A DNA stretch of 63,473 nt, the filler included, from Hausera hauseri (taxonomy: Eukaryota): NCBI GenBank assembly GCA_046269625.1. It is 12 parts of 12 records of this genome, joined end to end, with 100 filler letters (N's around TTAATTAATTAA, not from the genome) between each part and the next. Parts side by side here need not be neighbours in the genome. Positions count along the whole stretch, not along the records: positions 1 to 9,702 come from JBJURY010306609.1; positions 9,803 to 14,152 come from JBJURY010622775.1; 10 more parts are not named here. One strand, given 5' to 3'. The first letter of the stretch is position 1; each line of letters opens with the position of its first letter. A program made the position numbers and the translations under genes. The notes under the pieces are model-generated. The model was not told the origin of the DNA. It worked only from the letters and a program-made list of their open reading frames with translations, and ran no database searches. Of the stretch, positions 1 through 13,659 are shown piece after piece.

Positions 1-1499
1 TCATTTCGGTTTTAGTTCAAGATTCTTAGAATTAAATAAAATTCCTATCAATAAGCATCGTTTTAAGTAGGCTTTGTATCTGACAAGAAAACGAATTTTA
101 CTCTTGTTAGCCGCTGGGTTGAAAAATTCATATCCTCCCTCCGGTATGTCCGCTAAAGCGGAATTTGACCGTTTGTAATTATTCATTGAAAAGTTAACAT
201 CAATTGTTGGACATTTTATTATTATCTTAAAATACTCATTTCGAAACAAATTTACTGAAATTCACAATTTAAATTAATCTTTTAATATTACTTTTTAAAA
301 TTAAATTCGTGGTTGGTTTTTATAAAATTTAAATTTGCTTTTAATTTAAATCCGGAATTTCAGTTCTCGATTACCTCCTCACAAGTGTAAATCCGGGTTT
401 TTATAACAAATGGTCAGAGAGACGTGTAAAATATAATGCTGATTAATAATAGGAAAAAAATTTTACCGAAAAAGCCAAAATAATGCAATTGGAGCATTTA
501 AATGTAACATCATTACGAACTTGTTTAAACCTCTCCCACTACGTTTAGGAATTTTGAACATTGATAAAATTTAAATTACTTTTCTAGAGGTAATATTCTT
601 TTAATATTCGGTTTAGTGTTTTCTTTATGTTATGACGAAATAAAAAATAGCCATCGAATATAGTCTGTGGTCAGTCATATGTATTAGGGTGCATCAAAAA
701 TATAAAAGTTGTACAATTCATCTGCCTCTTATAATTTTGTTCACTATATGTTTACTATTGTAAAAGTTATATTAGCATTGAAGGTCATTTAGAGGTCGCA
801 CAGTGCATTGCAAACTGCCAAGTTCGGTTGCCAAGTAGCACTGATTGGCACACTGTACGTAATATCAATAGGCAATAGCATTACAAAGTTAACACGAAGT
901 GAATCACAGATGATGTTTGATTCACTTTTTATTTGCCACTTGCTACTTATTTGATTCATTTGCCGTAAATTTCAGTCATAGAAGCTTCAAGTGACAGTTC
1001 AACATCATGCCAGAGTGCCTCTGTTAATCCTACAATCAGTAAGTCATCACAGAAGACAGCACACTTTACACGTGGTACATTTCAGTTTTTTTTTTGGTTT
1101 GGATGGTGGTGCAATCTGCATTGAGGACGCTACCAACGTTTTTGTAAGTTTTGCGATGCATGATGTACCACTGCAACTCAACCGCAAACACGAAAAGACC
1201 AGAAACAACTGAATCCACACCACGTTTCAATACAGCCTATCTATGAGAAGGCCAACATCCCGATGGGGTGAACGAGCGTCGATCCTGGATGCTTTTGGAT
1301 GCAAGAAACAAGCTTCGTTCCATTTGCCAGAATTGCAAAGTTACTTCTGCGATGCAGAAGAAAATGGAAGAAAACCAACAAATGTTTGATCATGGATGAC
1401 GAAGATCGGGCATTTCTGCATTTCGGTTCTTTCGACAAAACACTGGCACAGATGCAATACAACCTCTCTTTCCGACCATCTGCTTATTCCGACCACAAA

Positions 1500-2650
1500 G
1501 AGTGGAAAAAAAAATTTTTTTTTAAATTGAAATTATTGTGATTTTATTTCAGTGTACGCTATGTACAAATCACATTGAGACTATGGCAAAAAGCGATTAT
1601 TAATCATTTTACAACAGAAAATCATCCCAAATCAACTGTATACCGTATGGTCTTAGCCTGGGAGAAGTAAAATGCTTTGGAGAGAAAACCCGGATCTGGT
1701 AGAAAACTTAGAATTATGACACAACGCAACATTTGTCGAATGAGACAACTCTTCAAGGACAAGTCAGGAGTTTCCACCAGACAGTTGACCAAAAAATTCA
1801 AGTGTGACCATTTCTACATTGTAAAACTATTCAGCAAAAGGCAGATGTCGCCTACCGCAAGCAGATTTTGATGCCACACTGGAGCGAAGTTTAGAAAGCA
1901 GCGATCCAACCCAAGTGCCGCCGCATGTGTCAGAAATTTCTCAGCTTGGACTTTGTCATGGACGACGAGTCCTATTTTACTTTGAAATACTCTGATATGA
2001 ATGCGAATTCTGGTTTCTGGTCGGAGAATGTTAAGGACACGCTGTCTGATGTAAAGTTTAAGACCAAGAAAAATTTGAACCTAAGGTTTGCCTATGGATG
2101 ACCGTTTCGCCAAAAGGAGTTTCATCACCATTCTTTATGGAATCGGGGTTGGTTATCAATAAGGAAATTTATCTAAACGACTACATTAAAAAGATTAATT
2201 CCTTTCATCAAGCATCATTATTTCGACAATCGTTACGTCTTCTGGCCCGACCTTGCTTCGTCGCATTATGCCGATTTAGTGGTCGTACATTTGAAGGAAC
2301 AAAACATCGTATTTGTGGAGAAAGATGATAATCCTGCTTGTGTTCCAGAACTCCGACCGATCGAGCATTTCTGGTCTATTTTAAAAGGATTGGTATATGA
2401 AAAGGGGTGGGAGGCAGAAACGACCGTTCAATTGAGGAGCAGAATTAAATACTGCATACGAAAGGAGGACATGGAGGTCGTACGTTATATGATACAGAAG
2501 GTGTACGGGAAACTGGACGAAGCCAGGAGGTTCGGAATAGAAACTATGAAATCGAAATGATGTAAGTGACTCTGACTGTTTAGTAAGGAATTATTATTGT
2601 TATATTAATAAAATTATTAAACATTAGAATTATTCTTATTTTTTGTCACC
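1500..2650 (+). mobile_element. Tc1/mariner DD37E (TRT-like) transposon, frameshifted
   Basis: ERKPGSGR, MDDESYF, FWPDLASSHYA...RPIEHFWSILK; 37 residues between the second D and the E. Confidence 0.85.
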
Positions 2651-2654
2651 ACTT

Positions 2655-3668
2655 ATTTTTTCCGACCACCTGCCTAATGCATATTGCGATCACCTTCATG
2701 AAGTCCCATCATTGAAGTAACCCGTTTATTGCGACCACCATACATGCTGAAACAGCAATTTTTAAATTAAAAAAACTTGAGCTAGCCTAAATACAAAAAC
2801 TGACATATTCGACATAAGTAAATTTATAATTTGCCTTAAGAAAATTGTCCTTAAAATCAAATCACTCTTCAAAATTAACGAGAATATTTAACTCTAAATT
2901 TGTTTGAAAATTCCAAAATTTAGTCCCCAAAATTAAAAATGTTTGTTTTCAAAAAGCTTAATCATTATAGCAATTAACCAAGAGAAGTGAATTGACTCTG
3001 CATGACAAAGCGGACTTAATTCTACAACATGATGTGGAAGGGAAAAGTCAAAGACAGCTTGCTCAGCAGTTTGATTGCAGTGAGACATAGGTGCAGTCCA
3101 TTCTACGACGTAAGCGCTCTTTTTTGGACGCTTTTGAAAACAAATGCAGCTTAACTCATAAGGGCATCAGCTCATCTGGACAACATGATTCTGTGAATAC
3201 GAAGACTTGGAAGTGGTTTCAGAACATACACACTCTGAACATGCCTGTATCTGATTCAATGATACAAGAAAAAGCTTTATCATATGTTAAAGAACTTCAT
3301 TGTCTTAACTTTAAAGCTTCTAATAGCTGGCTGCTTAGCTTCAAAAATCGGTACGATATAACGTGCAAAGTCATTTGTGGATAACAGAAATACCGAAGTG
3401 GATACACCAGTTGCGACTCTATTTTTTGAGTAAATGTCCTGCTGGTTTGCTCTATCTGGAAAAAGCAGAGGAAGAAGTGCAATTTCATTCATTGGAATTG
3501 AGAATGCATGGGAAGCAGTTGATATTAGACACTTTTGTGCAAGCAGTAAATGTAAATTGTGTTTTAATTGGGTGTTAAATGTTAAAGCTCTTTAACCCGA
3601 CAACCTGCATATTATGACCAGTTACATTTGGTCCCAACGGTAATCGCAATGGACAGGTTCTACTGTAG
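2655..3668 (+). mobile_element. pogo/Tigger-like internal deletion derivative (CENP-B-type HTH only)
   Basis: SQRQLAQQF...WKWFQ...PVSDSMIQEKAL...FKASNSWLLSFKNRY. Right end GGTTCTACTG|TA (reverse complement of CAGTAGAACC). Confidence 0.75.
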
Positions 3669-5334
3669 TTGAAAGGTGTTATCAGCGTGAAGCCTCAGCT
3701 GTGTGAAGACCAGCTTCGTGTTGTCTGATGACAACGACGGAGACACAGCTCAACAACAGGAGTTTACCAGTGATGCAATAAAAGGCGATTTGTCGGAACG
3801 CATCACACCGTCTCGTCGCAAGAAGCAAACTAGGACATCACTCTTTGTTCCGCCAAATGTTTTGAGTATCCTCAACATCGTGTCACTGGCAACTCGACTT
3901 AAAATTACATCGACAGTACAAGCAGCATTCACCCAGGATTTGATATCTGAATGTGGGGGTGACGTTTCAATGGTTGCTGAATCTTATGCAACTGTGGATC
4001 GTGCCAGGCGCAATGTTGTCGATCAGACGGCTGGCAGTATTCAGGAGGAATGGTCCTCTTCAAAGCTGTGAGCTAAAAACAATGTCAAATGAATCAAGTG
4101 CTTGTATTACTGAAGTAGTCGACCCATTGCAGGACGACTGTGCTGAGTTCTCAGAACTATCGCTGCTCCTTCCAGGAACCAGTGAAAAGGAAGTACAGTT
4201 TCTCCGACCTAGTGCACTTCATAACGTCCAGTGAATTGGAAAGCTAATCTACTGCCTCGAAATTTCATTACTGGAGAATAACATTGAACAGGTGCCACCA
4301 GGAACATTCTCCAGACGATATCAGGTGCCGAAAGTCCAAGCATTTGTCACTTTTCTGATTCACGTGTACTGTAAGTGGTGGCTTACTTGCACGAAAGCAG
4401 TTGATGCACCATGCAATGACTTGCAACTATTCAAAAGACTGCTGAAGTATCAACTGGTTGACAAGAGCATTTCTCAGTCTTCAGTACCAGCATTTTGTCG
4501 GCATCTGTGGTATCTAACTGCTGATATGGTGTCACTGTCACCCTTCAGCACTCGTGTGCCTTCACCGGAACGCTCAGCTGTAGCTGATGCACTGTTGCAG
4601 CTTTAGCCAGCCAGTGAGTTACGAAATCCATTGAATCGCTCAGGATACTGGTGAGGCAAACCACAGTTTTCCGCCATCACGTTGTCCGCACGGCTGTCTG
4701 ACCATGTTGCAGTGGACTTCTGATTCACAATGTTCCTTCTTCAGATTGATAGGAGCTTTCTTCGACTGCCATTCTGCGAGTGGGACGTCAGCGTAGGATA
4801 CAAAACAATCTTGGAAAATGTTAAAGCAGTCAATGTGGTGAGCGATGCTGTTGAACGAGGTGTCGAACTATCAACGGATTTTGTCAATGCTGTTCGTAGG
4901 GATGAACATTAGCACAATATACTGCAAATCATCGAATGCAGTCGTGAGGCAAAACCTAACTTCAGGAAGAACATTAGTACCCAACGCCTAAGCATCATGA
5001 ATTTTAATATCGTAAACTGAACCATGAGATCACTTGGGAACAACTGAACATGTGCCTGCATTTTAGTGTGCACTAGTGTATTTTAATACTACATATTACG
5101 TTTTATTTTCTGTAAAATAAAATAAATGTTTTCTCCGTCAAATGCGAAATGACAATAAAATCCATTTATTTTGCATATTCGGTTTTTTCAAATGCATGAT
5201 GGGACCTCTAAATCACTTTGGATTTACGAAATATTTTATACTCCGTGCACATGTAGCAACAAAATGTAAACCATGACAGCAAGATATTTGAAACAAATTT
5301 TAACCTACAGGTGTGATGCACCCTAATACTCGTG

Positions 5335-6870
5335 TATTTGCAAAATTCTTTAAACAGTTCTGAATTAAAGTTTGACCCACAATCAGAGTGTATTTTATCT
5401 GTATTTTGTGTCCATAAAGCATTTATGCTGACATCTACTTCAGCGGAATCAGACTTATATTCTCCGAAAAATAGTCAGTAATACCCAGAATATCTGTAGT
5501 CATCTCTGGTACTTTTAAATGGCCCTGTTATATCAATACCAATCATTGGGAATGGTTTCGATGTATTGAATTTCTGTAACGGTCCCTTGAATCGGCCATT
5601 GTTTTCTTTGTGTCTGAAACAAAACTGACAGGTTGCAATTGCTTTTTATTTGATTAGTCATCCCAGGCCAGAAATTATCCTTTACCATTCCAATAATCAT
5701 CCTTTCCATGCCTATATATCCGGAAAGTATATGGAATTCCTTAATTAATGAACTCCGTTGAATCGTCGGAATTACTCTGCGAAATTTGTTCTTGTTACAC
5801 ATGTACAGTATATTTGGAACTTTAAAATATTTTTTACTTCCCATAGAATTTTCAGCTTTTTATTACCCTTCCTCACCACTCACGAGCATGATTCATTATT
5901 CTCCGATTTAAGGAGTTGTATTACGATTTGAATGTCATCAATATTTTCATACTTCCATAGAATTTCTCACTTACCGTTGTGCTTGACATTTGGTTTTTCC
6001 GTCACCAGAATCCATAAGAATTTTAATATTGCGTTTCCTTTTAAAGTTCAGATGTCTTATAAGGCATTATTCGCAGAGTGGAAGCCGCGGGACTGGACCA
6101 GCAATTAAGTGATCCTTTCCAGGTCAATATAATACATTAATGTCGTATATTTCCAGCTCTGCTTTCCAGACGCAGTACTGTGAAATAATTGGTGATTTCC
6201 AATTGAACAGCCACTTGAGGGCTGGTGATCTGTTCTCACATCATACGTCCGACCCAGCAAATAATATTTGAATTTCAGAACAAAGGTATAGATTGACAAT
6301 AACTCTTTCTTTGTTATAAAGTACTTCCTTTGTGTTTTTGTTAATTGCTTCGAAGCATATGCTTACTCGTTCCTCTCCGTCCTGTGTTTGTGATAAAACA
6401 ACGCATATACTACCAAAAGATACGTCGGTGTCTAATATATATTTCCATGTAGTTGTCGGTATTTTCAGAATCGGCGATGTCACCATCTGTGCTTTTAATG
6501 TCTCAAATGTTGCTGATATTTCCTCGTTCCAAGCAATCTCATTCTTCTTGAGCACGCTATGTAATGATTTTGTCGTCTCTGCATAATTTCTTTGAATTTC
6601 CTATTATAGTTGCATAAACCGAGAAACTCCTGCCTTTCCTTCACGCATTCAGGAAGCTTCTCTTTCTGAATTCAGGATCCGTTCTTATGCCGTCTTTACT
6701 TATTATATGTTCCAAAACTTAACTTCCGACTGTAAAAATTCACATTTGTGAGGTGCTAATTTTTATCCGGCTTGCATTATTCTCAAGTTTTTCAATGTTC
6801 TTCTACTTTCCTTCCGAAAATGAGGATATCGTCCAATAATATCATACAGCTCATTCAATTCTCGTTCTAT
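5335..6870 (-). mobile_element. Gypsy pol remnant (RT C-terminus, RNase H, integrase N-terminus)
   Basis: YILDTDVSFGSICVVLSQ, FKYYLLGRTYDVRTDHQP, FWPGMTNQIK; many stops and frameshifts. Confidence 0.85.
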
Positions 6871-6874
6871 AATA

Positions 6875-8213
6875 GAGGGTGTTTTAAAAAAGTCCGTTTT
6901 CCAGATTTTTGTTTATATTTTATGGTATGATTTATGAAAACTTATTATGACTGATTGCTATGAATCTATTTATGCAGTAATTTAAAATTATGCATTATTA
7001 AGATGTTAATTTTCATATATTTTTGTATATTTTAGATTTAAATTTTTGTCTTCATGGAACCTAAAGCTGAACATGTAAACTTTTTTGTTATGCCAATGAT
7101 GCGGAATGATATGAAAGCAAGTGAAATATACAGATTGTTATGTAGAGCATTGGAAGAAGAAAACAATCAGCGAAAGGCAGATCAGAAGATTAGTTGAAGA
7201 AATGAGAACTGGTGAGCGGGTTACAGTTGAAAGGAAAGAAGGATCCGGGAGAAGGAGAACATCACAAAGTAATGAAAATATTGAACAGATACGTCACTTA
7301 ATTGCAGACGATTCCACCTTGCCTAGTAGTGCCAAATCTTATATAACCAACATAAATGAGTCTACAGTATACAAAATTATATCAGATGATCTTCATAAAC
7401 ATAGTGTTTATGCTCGCTAGATTCCCCACAAACTGTCCGAATAGCAGGAGAATCGAGTAGCTGGTGCAAGAGTAGTTCTACGTGACATTAATGGTGACGT
7501 TATGGTAATAGATGAAAAGTGGTTGTACAAGGATCTACTTCCTTCACGTATTAATGTTTGTTCACGGATTTATGAAGGCGGTGACAGACCAGAAATGCCT
7601 AGACGAAAAATTACGCATGAAAAATTCCTAATTATTGTTGCCATTAACTTTAGGGGCCAGCATTATTGCAAGGTGTTAGAAAGAGGGGAAACGATTAATG
7701 CTGAGCGGTACATTGAATTTTTAAATGAATTAACAGCTCAGCGAAGATACGGCCAGGTAACTATCATTCATGATAATGCTCACTCCCATACCGCTGCTGT
7801 AACAGAACAGTTTCTGCAAATCTATGAAATTGGTAGAGTTCATCAACCACCATGCATTCCATATATGTATTTGCTGGGTCGCTTTATTTTCCGCCATATG
7901 GAGGCTGCCAGAATAAATTAAGTATTTAATAATGCAGACTGTGCCAGAAAATTCCTTAATAACTTTAACCGACGTTTGCTTACAAATGAATTGCAATCCC
8001 TACGTGATGACTTGCAAGCTATCATTGATAACGAAGGAATCTATTTACATAAATAAGTGCCATATCCTTTTCACTTGTACGTAACGTTTATTGATATGTT
8101 AGCATGTTGCATGATTCATTATTTTCATTCACGAGTAAAATTTTTGCGATAAATGGTCAAAACGGATTCTTTTGAAAAAAGTCTGAAAAACGGATATTTT
8201 TTGAAACACCCTG
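6875..8213 (+). mobile_element. mariner DD34D element, full length, inactive
   Basis: TIRs (G/C)AGGGTGTTT.AAAAAA.TCCGTTTT at both ends, flanked by TA (6873-74, 8214-15). IDEKW...HDNAHSH...PPCIPYMYLLG; the third catalytic D, 34 residues on, reads G. Confidence 0.9.
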
Positions 8214-8244
8214 TATATGATGTTTATAGCGCCACAATCTAATA

Positions 8245-9702
8245 TTTAGAACATTGAGAAAATTCTGTGGATGGCGTTGAAATTTTCGAATGGATGACTC
8301 TATACAAGGTCCCTGATTGGAAAGATGTTGAAAAATCAATCGCTTTCATTCAAGAGTGTTACGTAGAAAACATATAAAAAATAACCAGTCTACCGGGTGC
8401 TCCAACAAAAATGCTACTCTATTGAATCAAGAGAAAACTTTTAGATTACGAAACTTATTTTTACAGACCAATTAGCAATAAATAATGACAATAGTTTTAT
8501 TTACCATTTCATTCGAAAAGTCCGCCTTCTCTCACAATAACTTTTTCAAATCGGGCCCGGAAGCTCCTACAAGTTCTCCGGATATATTCTTTTGGTATTT
8601 TTGACCAAGCCTCAGTGAGGGAGGCTTTGAGGGCTGCAATGCTTTTGTGTGTCGTGCTACATGCATCCTTCTGTGACTTCGCCCAAATACTGTAGTCAAG
8701 AGAGTTGACATCTGGAGAGTAGGAGGCCACGTGTCCTTAGGCCAGAAGTTTATAAAATTGTCAGCAAGCCATCCTTGGGTACGTTTCGATGTATGGAATG
8801 GCACACCGTCTTGAGTAAAAACAGCATTGGCAGCTGAACCGTAATTCTTAATAATCCACGGCTTAACATGGTCACTTAGGATGTGGATGTACCTTTCTGT
8901 GTTGAGATGATCACCATCTTTTATAAAGACAAGAAGCATTTTCTGGCCATCAGAGGCAACAACTGCAAAAGCCATAACACTACTTGTATACTTCGTCCTG
9001 AAATGATGTCGTATGTGTTCTGATACATCACTGGGGTCACCATGACAAATAAATCGCTCGTTTCCGGAATTTGAAGCTTTGACCACGGTAAAAATTTTCT
9101 CATCTGAGAACAAGGTGACTTGATGGCTGTTTTAAAAATGATAAAATTTGTTGATATCTTTGGAGTCTAGATTCTCGGTTTCCCATAGTGAGCAATAGGT
9201 GACAAGTTCTAGCTAATGATCGAGCCCTGAGATCCTCTTTGATGACCCTTCTCATTATCGTAGCACTCACCTTCATGGTCTTAATCATCATTCTTAGTGA
9301 TTGGACAGGATTCCTTGAAATTTGACTCTTAACAGCATTAATAAGCTGGGGTATTCATATTTTCCGAGTCAACGACTTCCCTTCTTTCGTTATACTGTTC
9401 GTGTCTCGAAATTTGGCCTTGAAACGAAATACAGTTGTACTGTGAATATTACAGGTTTTGCTACTTCATTCGGCTTCATTCTGCACTCAGCAAATTCATA
9501 ATCACCTCATTTCTTGAAAACATTTTTGTATATAACGCTTCTTTGTTCATTTTAAATATACAACGCTAAAATATAAAAAAAGATTTCCTTAGACACAACA
9601 ATATGGCTCACCCGGTAGATGCTTTATTTGATTAGTTTCATCAAATGACGAATCTTGAAGAGTCAAAGAAGTCTGGATGGAACGAACATAAAGCACAGCA
9701 GA
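8245..9702 (+). pseudogene. hAT transposase C-terminal fragment split by the maT insertion
   Basis: FEWMTLYKVPDWKDVEKSI (8245-8390) resumes as DALFD*FHQM...W after 9618. Confidence 0.5.
8393..9615 (-). mobile_element. maT-type DD37D Tc1/mariner element
   Basis: TIR CCGGGTG at both ends flanked by TA. FSDEKIF...FTQDGVPFH...WPP/YSPDVNSLDYSIW with 37-residue spacing; frameshifted. Confidence 0.88.
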
Positions 9703-9802
9703 NNNNNNNNNNNNNNNNNNNNNNNNNNNNNNNNNNNNNNNNNNNNTTAATTAATTAANNNNNNNNNNNNNNNNNNNNNNNNNNNNNNNNNNNNNNNNNN
9801 NN
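9703..9802. other. Artificial contig spacer (44N-TTAATTAATTAA-44N), first of 11
   Basis: Identical 100-bp spacers with six-frame stops at 9703, 14153, 19000, 23052, 27618, 31836, 36900, 41807, 46861, 52460 and 56541. Adjacency across them has no biological meaning. Confidence 0.98.
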
Positions 9803-9889
9803 TAATACAAAAATGAACAAATTTGTCAAATATTTTACTACAGTGTAGCATTTTATCAAAAATTATATTTTAGCATGTAAAGTTCTGGC

Positions 9890-11830
9890 TTTGCATTCCA
9901 AAACACAGAGTAATCAGCGAAAAAGTCAATGACCACGACTATACCTCATTCATTTCCACTAACATGAAAGTATTTCTTTGTATGTTCTGGATGTAATTCT
10001 TGCTTTTATAAACCCGTCTCTTGTCTCTTGGTCGTGAATTGCCTTGAATGCATCCGTAACTATTTTGATGCAACGTTCTACACCCTGAGTGTTGTTGGAA
10101 TAGTAGGAACAATAAATGGCGTATCAACAATTGCTCTGATTTGTTCATTTGTGAGGTGAAATGTTAGAGGCGGCTCCGTTACTGTAACATTCTCCCAGTC
10201 AATATGTTCATCCCAGCTGCGTGCAGAAAAATTTCTTGGAGATACTTTGAATCACCTGATTTGCAAAGACTGTGCCTGTTTTTTGTTCTTAACTTTATAA
10301 CTATATTTACTGATTTCTGCTGTTTTTCCCTTCCAGCTTCTGACATCATAGCCAGAAATATATTTTCCGCACAAGCGAAGTAGGCATTCCTGGCAATATA
10401 GAGCCTGATGCTTTCTACAACCTCTTTGGGTAGTTGTTGAAGGAGCTGCGTTGATATGAAAACGAGCTTTGTTCTATCACAGCATGTTGGTCTGCATTTG
10501 ATTGCGAACCAACACGGCCCGTAATTTGTAACTATAAAAGGAGCAAGCCACTGTAACTTTCTGTCCTGCAAAGCCGTTGAAATGTAAAGCCGCTTTTTTC
10601 GTACTAAATCACCAGAAATATTATCCTGTTTAATAGACTGAATAATCTACTGAAAGTCTACTGGCAATTCTGGTAACGACTGACCGTCGACTATTGGCTG
10701 AAACTGAACAACAAATAAATGTTCACATGACTGAAGGGATATGCCCAGGGAACTGAAAACGTGGTTTTATCACTCGTTTGTCCATCCAGTTTTTGAAAGA
10801 GATGGCGAACCGGGAGCTCATTTGTGTGCAAGAGGCATATGAATCGTTGCAATGGGTATCCTAATGTCTCCTCAAGGTACTTTATAATACCTCCTCTTAA
10901 ACCTACCGTCGCATCCAACAGCATACAGCTTTTCTAACAGCTGGAGTTGTGCCAGTCTTGATGCTATACTGTCAGCGATAGCTTCACTTTTGCCGGAATT
11001 GGGCACTATATGTGACAATTATAGACTGCCGGGTTCTGTTAAAAGCACAAAGTGCTTTTCTGTTTCGGGGTAGGTGTACCATTTGCCACGTTAATTCTTT
11101 CTCTTTAAAGTTTCTTCATTTCTACCATCAAAATAAACACACTGTATTCTTTTGTTGCTTCACCTTGACAGTCTTTCCTTGGCTTTCTCCTATTCCTTCT
11201 TACCTTGTTTTTATAAATGATTTGACTGCGATCACTTTCTCTTACTAAACCGACATCTACCAGAACGGCTGTCACAAGAGCTGCTGCTGCACGATTTGCC
11301 ACACCAAATCTGTCGACCACCTTAGCAAGGTTTGTTAGTGACAACCTCATCTGTGACGTGGCTGTAGAACATAAAATACCCGATGAACTTTCAGCATCAT
11401 TATAATCGTTGTCGCCATCATCATCTTCATTATCATCAGCATTGTTTTCTTGTGTTTCTTTTCATCTTTTACTGAGTTAGTATCCTTTTCGCATAAATAT
11501 TCATCTCTAACATCGTCTTCATCTCTGTTTCTTCGAATTCACCAGTTTGGTTATATGCTTTCTTTTCCTGTAGTTTCTTTCTATTTCGTTCTCTGACTGT
11601 TCTTCATTTTTCCGCAGTACATCTTTCACTCTGTTTTGTCACTTTTGCCATAGCTTTTTTATCACGAGCAGTATGCTGGTCGTGCAAATATTTCAGTTCT
11701 TTCATTAGAAATTTGTTTTCTATGGAGTAATTGCAATGCGAAATCATTCGGTAGAACTGGCATCAACGCTCAATTTGCACATGCACGAAAAAATATTAAA
11801 TAGTTTAGAAAAACTGATGAAAATTTTTTT
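9890..11830 (-). mobile_element. hATm-like (CxxH DDE) transposase remnant
   Basis: DRFGVANRAAAALVTAVLVDVG, PLQRFICLLHTNELPVRHLF, YGPCWFAIK, RNAYFACAENIFLAM. Confidence 0.7.
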
Positions 11831-11876
11831 CTTTTGATTTGTACTAGGTTTGGACCACTTTAGGCGAGAACCAGTG

Positions 11877-13050
11877 AGTAGGTAGAAGTGAGGGTTCTAT
11901 CGCACTTCTCTGATTGGCCAGCCGACTTGTTTTCCTCACCTGATTGTCTATTTAGAGCATTTCACTAAAATTTTCCCACGACAACCTCCTGGCCAAAAAG
12001 GAGGTCGAGAAAAAGACTTTGGACCGAGAGATATCGATAGCGCGCGACGAGCTGAGCAAAAGTTAATATCGGTGCGGCTTTGAGAAATGTAAGGGAGAAG
12101 CGCTAGAAGAGGAAGAAGCAAAACAGGAAATGCGTCAAGCGTAACTAGAAACGTGCTGTTAGCACTGACAAAATGTGGACAAAGGGTAAATCAATGTTGG
12201 CGAATCCAATGGACACGGTTGCAACTCAATCAGACCATGGGAACATGGGGGAAAATCGATGAGAAAATTTCAAACGGGGAAAATTTCCCCTTACACAAGT
12301 CAAACGGCGATGGAAATAGGTTAAGCTTATAGCCCATCAGTGGTTGAGCATTTCATATTATAGCCGCCTCACGATCAGATGAAAGGATGCAGGTGAAAAT
12401 GGCAACCGAACGAACAGCCGAACCGAAAAAACGCATTGTTAAAAGTCTAAGTCAAAGGTAGGTAGAAGTGAACTTTCAACCCCATTTCCCAAATGTGCTC
12501 AGATGGACCTCGGAAGAAGTTTTCCCCACCTGTGTCGCAATTCTGAGCATTTCATGTTTTGTGGTCGGAGACCCCCTAGCCGGAAGCACATGTCACATGT
12601 CGCACAAATTACCGACGGAAATCGGTAAAGATCGATGAGGCGAGAAAAATTTTGTAGTGCAATGAGAGTCAGAAGTGTAACCGGGCGGCGCTAGATGCAA
12701 AAAAAGCAAAACAGGAAATGTTCTACGAGAAACGAGACACGAGTTACGAATTTCGCAATGTTTGGTGCCAATGTCAAAGGAATGTCGATGAGTCGAAATC
12801 ACACAATTTCAACTCGGTCTGACAATGGGAACATGGGAAAAATTGATGGGAAAATTTCAAACGGTAAAAATTTCCCATTGTTCAAGTATGCTGGCTGTGG
12901 AAATTGGTTGAGCACATAGCCCAGCACTAGTTGATCATTTTATATTATAGCCGCCTCACGATCAGACGAATGGATCGGGGTGAAAAATGCAACGAAATCG
13001 AAGGAAAGAACGAACGAACGAAAAAACGCATTGTTAAAAAGTCAAAATTT
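11877..13050 (+). repeat. Two diverged 580-bp tandem units at a Maverick end (putative TIR region)
   Basis: GTAGGTAGAAGTG at 11878 and 12458. Shared blocks ATGGGAACATGGG.AAAAT.GATG.GAAAATTTCAAACGG, ATATTATAGCCGCCTCACGATCAGA and GAAAAAACGCATTGTTAAAA. Lies directly downstream of the Maverick protease gene. Confidence 0.8.
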
Positions 13051-13199
13051 CGTTTCGTTTTGTTTTGTAAAACGACGACGACAACAAGCTCATGGTTAAG
13101 TACTTACAACTCACAAGGCGAATGATTGTGATGAAAAGTCACACATATCATATTGTTTCGCATGATTTGTTCAAAAAAACAACAGCAATAAAATTATAC

Positions 13200-13560
13200 A
13201 CATATATATTTCACAAAAGTGATTGTAATGTAAGCCACAATAAACAGTAATGTCCACATAGTATAGTCAATGGATGTTGATAATGAAATCGATTATATTC
13301 AACACGGTATGATGATGATGATTTTCGTTCAATTTGTGAAACTAACGATGGCGTATAATAAAATCCGAGCGGATCGAATACTCTGACGACATTGGTCGGG
13401 TGGTGGGCGTACACAAATCCAATGTTCGCCCAACAACGATGAAGTGCATGTATTGACAATGAAGCCGCCAGTTTGTTGTAAGTCGCGCGGTACACGGTCC
13501 AGTGGAAACACATCACGAAATTTCACGCTCAAGAGCAGTTTTCCATAGTGACTGAGCTCG
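13200..13560 (-). pseudogene. Maverick/Polinton adenain-like cysteine protease
   Basis: FIVNTCTSSLLGEHWIC, VFDPLG, YQHPLTILCGHYCLLWL; paralog of 27100-27500. Confidence 0.85.
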
Positions 13561-13659
13561 GTGGAGCTAAATGTGAATTAAGTATAATAGTAATAGTAAT
13601 AAATTACTTCATAGTAAGGCGACGACGAAGTAGAAAAGGTGATACACACCGGATTTTAT

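Larger units (their letters stand above)
685..5324 (+). mobile_element. hAT-superfamily (hATm-like) DNA transposon, decayed, carrying nested elements
   Basis: Perfect 16-bp inverted repeat GTATTAGGGTGCATCA (681-696) / TGATGCACCCTAATAC (5314-5329), plus a subterminal inverted pair at 782-797 / 5203-5219. Transposase remnants at 3669-4978 (FLRPSALH, FCRHLWYL, VVSDAVERGVELSTDF). Confidence 0.7.

Noticed and set aside
1-420. Possible host exons on the minus strand
   Set aside because: Splice-like signals are present but there is no recognisable protein motif.
677-5332. 8-bp TSD for the hATm-like element
   Set aside because: Flanks ATATGTAT and ATACTCGT do not match, so the two ends may not come from one insertion.
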